From the NCBI GenBank assembly GCA_039802265.1, contig JBDRWI010000063.1:1-12377 (forward strand): 12,377 nucleotides of DNA. The letters run 5' to 3'. Positions 7,883 to 12,377 of the stretch are shown here, one piece after another. The position numbers were made by a program, and so were the translations under genes. Within the stretch, counting starts at the first letter, position 1. Each line of letters opens with the position of its first letter. The notes beneath the pieces are model-generated. The model saw nothing but the letters and a program-made list of their open reading frames with translations, was not told the origin of the DNA and did no database searches. This DNA is from a candidate division WOR-3 bacterium. Lineage in GTDB: Bacteria > Hydrothermota > Tepidihabitantia > SM23-42 > JAOAFX01.

Positions 7883-8233
7883 TCATTTAGAACTTGCCGA
7901 GTAATAAAGAACCCCACCAATTAGTGGGAAAAGACCCGCACCAAGGAAAAGGAAGCTCTCATATCTTGCGAGTCTAAGAGAACCGATGATTAAATCAAAC
8001 AAATCACCCGGTCCTGCAACACTTAAAAGTGGGAAATAGAAAATCATTCTGTAGATATGGAATCCTGCTACCGCAATCAGGAATATACTTCCGATTATCG
8101 GAAAAATCCATATCCCCTTACCGCCGATAAGAGTTAAAAGCCTTTTTAGAATAATCCCAAAAATTATCAATGAAACAATGGCAAGAAGAATTGCCACCAT
8201 AAAGATTATTTCTGCAATTATGTCAGGCCTCAT
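7883..8233 (-). CDS. Small 3-TM membrane protein, paralogue of 8255..8623
   Basis: Three hydrophobic stretches; RBS AGGAGG; motif GIILKRLLTLIGGKGIWIF matches its neighbour. Confidence 0.85.
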   Translation of the reverse strand: MRPDIIAEIIFMVAILLAIVSLIIFGIILKRLLTLIGGKGIWIFPIIGSIFLIAVAGFHIYRMIFYFPLLSVAGPGDLFDLIIGSLRLARYESFLFLGAGLFPLIGGVLYYSASSK

Positions 8234-8254
8234 AGAACCTCCTGATATTTTTCA

Positions 8255-8623
8255 TTACTTACCCTTGGTGACGCCGTAAAACCTTAAATTTGCCACAAGC
8301 GAGAGAATACCAGAAAGAAAAAACAGTCCATAAGCAAGGTAATTAACCCCACCTTTAGGCAACATCATTTTGCCGCCAATTCCGCAGAATATCAATTGGA
8401 TTAAAGCAAATATAAGAATGCCGGTAGGCGCAAAAACCATAAACTGCCAGTTTGTCTTTTCACCAAGAACTATTTCATACCTTCGGGCAATTATTCCTAA
8501 GAATATAAATGCGAGCCATAATAATAGTGCACCCAGCACGAGAATATAATTAGGGATTACTGCCAGGGATTGATAGGTAGATTTTTCAATCCCGAATGGT
8601 GCAGTAAATAAAACAAATTCCAT
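8255..8623 (-). CDS. Small 3-TM membrane protein, paralogue of 7883..8233
   Basis: Three hydrophobic stretches; RBS AGGAGG; motif GIIARRYEIVLGEKTNWQF. Confidence 0.85.
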   Translation of the reverse strand: MEFVLFTAPFGIEKSTYQSLAVIPNYILVLGALLLWLAFIFLGIIARRYEIVLGEKTNWQFMVFAPTGILIFALIQLIFCGIGGKMMLPKGGVNYLAYGLFFLSGILSLVANLRFYGVTKGK

Positions 8624-8631
8624 AAAACCTC

Positions 8632-9216
8632 CTATTTTAATTTTGCAAGTAATTTATTGGTTAAATCTTTTCCCTTTGTTGGTCCGATAATCATTCCTGC
8701 AGCCTTGCCCAGGGCGAAAATAAATCTTCTAATATCTTCTTCGTAGAGTTCTTCTGCTTTTATCCTCTGTGCCTTGAGTTGGTTTTGGAATACCCTATCA
8801 GCAAAATCACCGAGATAATCCTGAACGATTGATTTCAACTGGTCAAGAAATTCTGGTCCGAATTTTTCTTTTGGTTTTTCTTCCTCAACACCTTCAGCCT
8901 TTTTATGTGCTCTTATCTCTTTTATTGCATTGTAGATACTATCCAGCACATCTTTCTGGCTTGTAGCATAAATATGCCCTATAAGATCACCTTCTCCAAT
9001 ATCAAATAGTAGGCTCTGATTACTACCTACTATTTCTAAAGTATCAATCTTTATCCCACCCAATGCATTAATTGTTTCAAAGACTACGGTTGCGGTCTGG
9101 GAAAATTTTTGTTTTTGTTTCTCACCTGTCTTTGAAGTTGTTGTTTCCCCATCCTTTTGCGTAATAAAAGGTAACCCCAGACCACGGTCTTCTATTTTAT
9201 TTAATAATTCATCCAC
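8632..9216 (-). CDS. Cytoplasmic protein: divergent Roadblock/LC7-like N-domain plus helical C-domain
   Basis: GTG start with AGGAGG. N-terminal ~100 aa follow a roadblock-like pattern (FITQKDG; helix; LGGIKIDTLEIVG; LLFDI; LIGHIY; helix). Charged linker, then LKSIVQDYLGDFADRVF... helical domain. Domain call is by eye. Confidence 0.6.
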   Translation of the reverse strand: MDELLNKIEDRGLGLPFITQKDGETTTSKTGEKQKQKFSQTATVVFETINALGGIKIDTLEIVGSNQSLLFDIGEGDLIGHIYATSQKDVLDSIYNAIKEIRAHKKAEGVEEEKPKEKFGPEFLDQLKSIVQDYLGDFADRVFQNQLKAQRIKAEELYEEDIRRFIFALGKAAGMIIGPTKGKDLTNKLLAKLK

Positions 9217-9226
9217 CTCTTACCTC

Positions 9227-9982
9227 CTATGTTTGTTTCATCTTTTCAATAACCGCCTGTACCTTCACCCTTGCCTGCGAAGAACCCATTTCCTCCACGG
9301 CTTTTTTAACAAGAAAATCTATGAGAGTTCTTAGTATTTGTACAATGTCATCCTCTTTTTCAGAAGGCGGGGTCTGTTTGAATCCCATTTTATCCCCGAT
9401 AATTCCGACCATTGGAAGAATATCCGTGGCAAGAATGCCAAGCCCCTGATTGAGAATTTCAATCCAATGCGCTTTTTTCCCACCGCTTCCAAACTCTTCA
9501 ATTAAAAGATTGATTTGCATCAACTTTGAACTAATACTTCTCGGCAGTTGTGTCTCTACCTTCGGCGGAGGTGGAGGTGGTGGTTTTATTTCCTCAACCA
9601 CCTTCTCCTCAATTTTTTCCTCAATAATCTTTTCTGCGGGTTTTTCTTCTTTTATTTCTTCTTTTATTTCTTTTGGTGCAATGAGCTGCTCCTGCACCCG
9701 TTGAATAAATTCTTTAGGATCCTGCTCTCTTTCTACCTCTATCCCAATATACTTGCCGTTGTGCAGAAAGATAATCAACCGATTTGCCCCATAACACAAC
9801 GAAACAAAATTTATCTCTCCGAGATTGAGGGTATTCTTTATAACCTCTGCTGCCGAGGAGAAGAATGCCGTGAGATCACCGAGCGGTGAAGTAGATGAGC
9901 CCTTCACCTCTTCAATTGAGCCATCCTCGGCATTGACTACAGCATAGTTTATGATTCCGGCAATCTTATCCAGTACATCCAT
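9227..9982 (-). CDS. Roadblock/LC7 (MglB-like) domain protein with Glu/Lys/Pro linker and helical C-domain
   Basis: LDKIAGIINYAVVNAEDG...LTAFFSSAAEVIKNTLNLGEINFVSLCYGANRLIIF...YIGIEV fits the roadblock alpha-beta-beta-alpha-beta-beta-beta-alpha pattern; linker with PPPPPPP; RBS AAAGGAG. Confidence 0.7.
   Translation of the reverse strand: MDVLDKIAGIINYAVVNAEDGSIEEVKGSSTSPLGDLTAFFSSAAEVIKNTLNLGEINFVSLCYGANRLIIFLHNGKYIGIEVEREQDPKEFIQRVQEQLIAPKEIKEEIKEEKPAEKIIEEKIEEKVVEEIKPPPPPPPKVETQLPRSISSKLMQINLLIEEFGSGGKKAHWIEILNQGLGILATDILPMVGIIGDKMGFKQTPPSEKEDDIVQILRTLIDFLVKKAVEEMGSSQARVKVQAVIEKMKQT
9647..9670 (+). repeat. Perfect 12-bp tandem duplication inside the linker (encodes EIKE-EIKE)
   Basis: ttcttttatttc at 9647-9658 and again at 9659-9670; in frame. 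Confidence 0.85.
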
Positions 9983-9995
9983 TACCCGCTCCTTT

Positions 9996-10832
9996 CTATT
10001 TCAATTCTGTACTCAATTCTTCAATTTTTTTCTTGAATAACAACTTTCCATAGATCTGTGGACCTTCAGACCGGACGAATTCATCAAAACCTTTTCTGAA
10101 TTTATCAATCTGCTCTTGGGACAATGGATTTTGAACCGATATCTCAAAAGTTTCTTCATTCACATTTATTGAGGCACCGAGGATTTGATTTTCCGGATTT
10201 AACTCTGACCATCTTCTAAACCAGTTTAGACCATTTCTTCCAAAAACCCTGAAGAAGGCATTAAAATATTTTAACAATCCCGCCATCAATCTCTCTGCTT
10301 CTTTAGGGTCATAAATCAAACCCTGCTCTTTAAGCCAGACTATTGTCTTTATGGTCTCATAACCACCGAGTTTGGATTGTGCGATTATTTCATTTATTGT
10401 CCTTTTACCATCAACCATTGCCAGAACCTGCCAGTCGGTGCGGCGCAACGCAACGGCAGAAGGCAGTTCCTTTGTTGATTTTGCCAGAACTGCATCCCTC
10501 GGTGGCAATCGGTCTTTTATTGTTTCAAACTCAACCCGCCGTCGTTCAATATTTTCATTTAATTTGCCAACATCTTCGGAAATAGTCTGCTCTGTTGCCT
10601 TAACCCCCGATTCAAAAACACCTTTTTCAAGATGGACAAGAGAAAGGTTTAGCAATGAATCAAAACCCTTCTCTGTTCCATCTGTGGCATGAATAATATG
10701 CCCATCCCTTAAATATACTTCACCATTTAATTCACCATTTACCCTTACCACGCCGGTCTTTTTCAGTTGTACAAGAAATTGTAATACATCGGATAGATTG
10801 AACTCCTTTAAATTTATCTCAAGATCTGCCAT
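9996..10832 (-). CDS. DUF4388 (PATAN-like) domain protein with central winged-HTH-like region and helical C-domain
   Basis: NLKEFNLSDVLQFLVQLKKTGVVRV...GEVYLRDGHIIHA...G.F is the DUF4388 signature; DWQVLAMVDGKRTINEIIAQSKLGGYETIKTIVWLKEQGLI is the wHTH-like segment commonly following it. No receiver domain is seen. Confidence 0.88.
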   Translation of the reverse strand: MADLEINLKEFNLSDVLQFLVQLKKTGVVRVNGELNGEVYLRDGHIIHATDGTEKGFDSLLNLSLVHLEKGVFESGVKATEQTISEDVGKLNENIERRRVEFETIKDRLPPRDAVLAKSTKELPSAVALRRTDWQVLAMVDGKRTINEIIAQSKLGGYETIKTIVWLKEQGLIYDPKEAERLMAGLLKYFNAFFRVFGRNGLNWFRRWSELNPENQILGASINVNEETFEISVQNPLSQEQIDKFRKGFDEFVRSEGPQIYGKLLFKKKIEELSTELK

Positions 10833-11449
10833 TAAATCACTCCCAACCAGTTATGCAAAAGGAAATAAACCCTGCCAATAAATAAAGATACACGCGCCAT
10901 GATTGTATATCCAAAAGATGCGCCAAACGATATCATCATAAACCATATGCCGATCTTCGCACCAATGCCAAGTGCTCCTTTATGCTCTTTTGAAAAGTAG
11001 AAATAGGTAAGGGTAAAAATAACCCCGCCAATAATCAAAATGTTTGATATTACATTAAAAACAGGAATACCCTTTAGCGGCAGAAATGTCGCCTGTAATT
11101 GAGGAAAGATATCGCCCTGAACAATCTGAGTAATAGAAACCGCCATTGCAATACCCATAGTAAATGTCAGGGGGATACGTATCATCCATGAAATTTTTGG
11201 AATGAGTGGTGCAAACATCAAAAGTCCGATAAAAATTGGAAATATGTTATACCATTGCCCTTTTGTAAAAAAGGGCTCAAATAGATTGGGCCAGGCAAAA
11301 TCATACCAGAGCACAACCGCCCAATAACCAGCAGAGACACCAACAAATATATTTTCGGCAATTTTATAGAATGGATTATCTTTATAAAGAAACGAATAAA
11401 TCGCAAGTGTTAAGAGTGCAGCAATCCATATTCCAATTGCATTGATCAT
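10832..11449 (-). CDS. Conserved polytopic (~6 TM) membrane protein of unknown function
   Basis: Highly hydrophobic; motifs LTLAIYSFLYKDNPFYKIAENIFVGVSAGY and FMMISFGASFGYTIMARVSL; AGGAGG RBS; ATGA overlap upstream and TAATG overlap downstream. Confidence 0.88.
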   Translation of the reverse strand: MINAIGIWIAALLTLAIYSFLYKDNPFYKIAENIFVGVSAGYWAVVLWYDFAWPNLFEPFFTKGQWYNIFPIFIGLLMFAPLIPKISWMIRIPLTFTMGIAMAVSITQIVQGDIFPQLQATFLPLKGIPVFNVISNILIIGGVIFTLTYFYFSKEHKGALGIGAKIGIWFMMISFGASFGYTIMARVSLFIGRVYFLLHNWLGVI

Positions 11450-12267
11450 TTTTTCCTCCTCTGATATAACAGTATCACGTTGCCAAGCACAATAAAACCT
11501 ACAAGGAGCAGGTGTACAATTGATTGAGAATCCATACCCCTTAGTCCTCTTCCTTTTCTATCAACAAGTGTCTCATACTCGGCTGCACCTTTCAATCCAC
11601 CTAAAAGTCCGGTCAATTGTCCAGAGCTCAAATAAGGATATTGCTGTGGTGCCATAATTGCAGTGGTGGCACCGCAGATTGTTACGCCGTACCGCGCATG
11701 GAAATATAATATCCAGTGTAGTATACCCGGGTCACCAGCCGAAAATGTCATAACCATTGATAAATCCTTCGCTGATTTCACTCTCCTCCCCAACGGAAGT
11801 GAATCTATCGGAGTTCCCTGATAATCAACCTTTATCACATCAGAAAAATTCCTACCCAAACTCAATAGCATTACTGCTCCACCAGGACGATAGCCAACAT
11901 TGATATAATCTTCACCATATCTTTTGTTATAAGATTGTGCAATTTTATTTAACGCAATATTACCCAGTTCGCTACCCGCGGGCCAGAGACCCATCATATA
12001 TATTTTTAAATTTCTACGAAAACAATGCTCAATAAATGCCTCGGTCGCAGGGTATAATTCTGCCTCACTGCCCGGGTCATAATCAGTTGAGATAAGCACA
12101 ATTGAACCCGGAGGTAGAGATTCAACTTTATTATAAACATTCTTTACTGGCTTTGTAATATCCACCGGTAAATTTAAAGGCACAACCATTGGGATAATAA
12201 CTGCCAATGCAACGAGTAGAAATATGATTCGACGGTCAAGATGAGCGAGGTGGTCAAATATTTTCAT
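11446..12267 (-). CDS. Conserved membrane-anchored protein (N- and C-terminal TM helices flanking an extracytoplasmic alpha/beta domain), unknown function
   Basis: DRRIIFLLVALAVIIP (TM1), VLISTDYDPGSEAEL, YGEDYINVGYRPGG, YPYLSSGQLTGLLGGLKGAAEYE, MDSQSIVHLLLVGFIVLGN (TM2). Only a weak RBS (GGATGG). Confidence 0.88.
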   Translation of the reverse strand: MKIFDHLAHLDRRIIFLLVALAVIIPMVVPLNLPVDITKPVKNVYNKVESLPPGSIVLISTDYDPGSEAELYPATEAFIEHCFRRNLKIYMMGLWPAGSELGNIALNKIAQSYNKRYGEDYINVGYRPGGAVMLLSLGRNFSDVIKVDYQGTPIDSLPLGRRVKSAKDLSMVMTFSAGDPGILHWILYFHARYGVTICGATTAIMAPQQYPYLSSGQLTGLLGGLKGAAEYETLVDRKGRGLRGMDSQSIVHLLLVGFIVLGNVILLYQRRKK

Positions 12268-12287
12268 AAAATGCCATCCGTAAATTC

Positions 12288-12377
12288 GTCTGACGTCTAT
12301 CGGTTGCGAAAAGCGAAACGGCTTCGCTTAACGAATTACAACTAACTTTCAACGAAACGCATTTCGCAACCGTAGGA
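12288..12377 (-). repeat. Nested inverted-repeat element, possibly a degenerate integron attC site; cut by the window edge
   Basis: cggttgcgaaaagcg (12301-12315) pairs with cgcatttcgcaaccg (12358-12372) at 14/15; inner hairpin aagcgaa-acggc-ttcgctt (12311-12329); minus-strand GTCAGAC (12294-12288) is one base from the GTTRRRY core. The repeat is certain; the attC identity is tentative. Confidence 0.55.

Noticed and set aside
9996..10832. PatA-type response regulator
   Set aside because: No receiver domain (acidic pocket, phospho-Asp, KP motif) is visible; only DUF4388, a wHTH-like segment and a helical tail.
1800..11406. Remaining short overlapping ORFs in the track (e.g. 1800..2045, 2108..2326, 5629..5841, 5996..6289, 7289..7630, 9548..9889, 10372..10692, 11218..11406)
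   Set aside because: Antisense or out-of-frame shadows of well-supported genes, with no recognisable motifs.
12301..12372. Rho-independent terminator, tRNA or CRISPR repeat
   Set aside because: No convincing poly-U tail after the main stem, no cloverleaf or T-loop motif, and no repeat-spacer periodicity.

Overview
AT-rich bacterial window in which every credible gene is on the minus strand. Protein style plus strong GGAGG Shine-Dalgarno use suggests a non-Bacteroidota FCB-related lineage such as WOR-3 (inference). Reading right to left there are three blocks. (1) 12267-7883: a tightly coupled seven-gene operon of uncharacterised genes, comprising two membrane proteins, a DUF4388/PATAN + wHTH protein, two Roadblock/LC7(MglB)-like proteins and two paralogous 3-TM proteins. 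The three soluble proteins share a C-terminal helical module and no GTPase or kinase is present. (2) 7824-5710: exbB-exbD-exbD-tonB behind a consensus TTGACA-N16-TATAAT promoter. (3) 5590 to <1: a lipoprotein, a TonB-dependent receptor and a >587-aa secreted DxDxDG/FN3-like protein that the ORF track missed because it runs off the left edge, behind a second TTGACA-N16-TATAAT promoter. The right edge holds a nested inverted repeat resembling a degenerate integron attC site. The left edge shows an abrupt switch to G/T-ending codons inside the secreted-protein gene. The best novel-system candidate is the PATAN/double-Roadblock/membrane operon.
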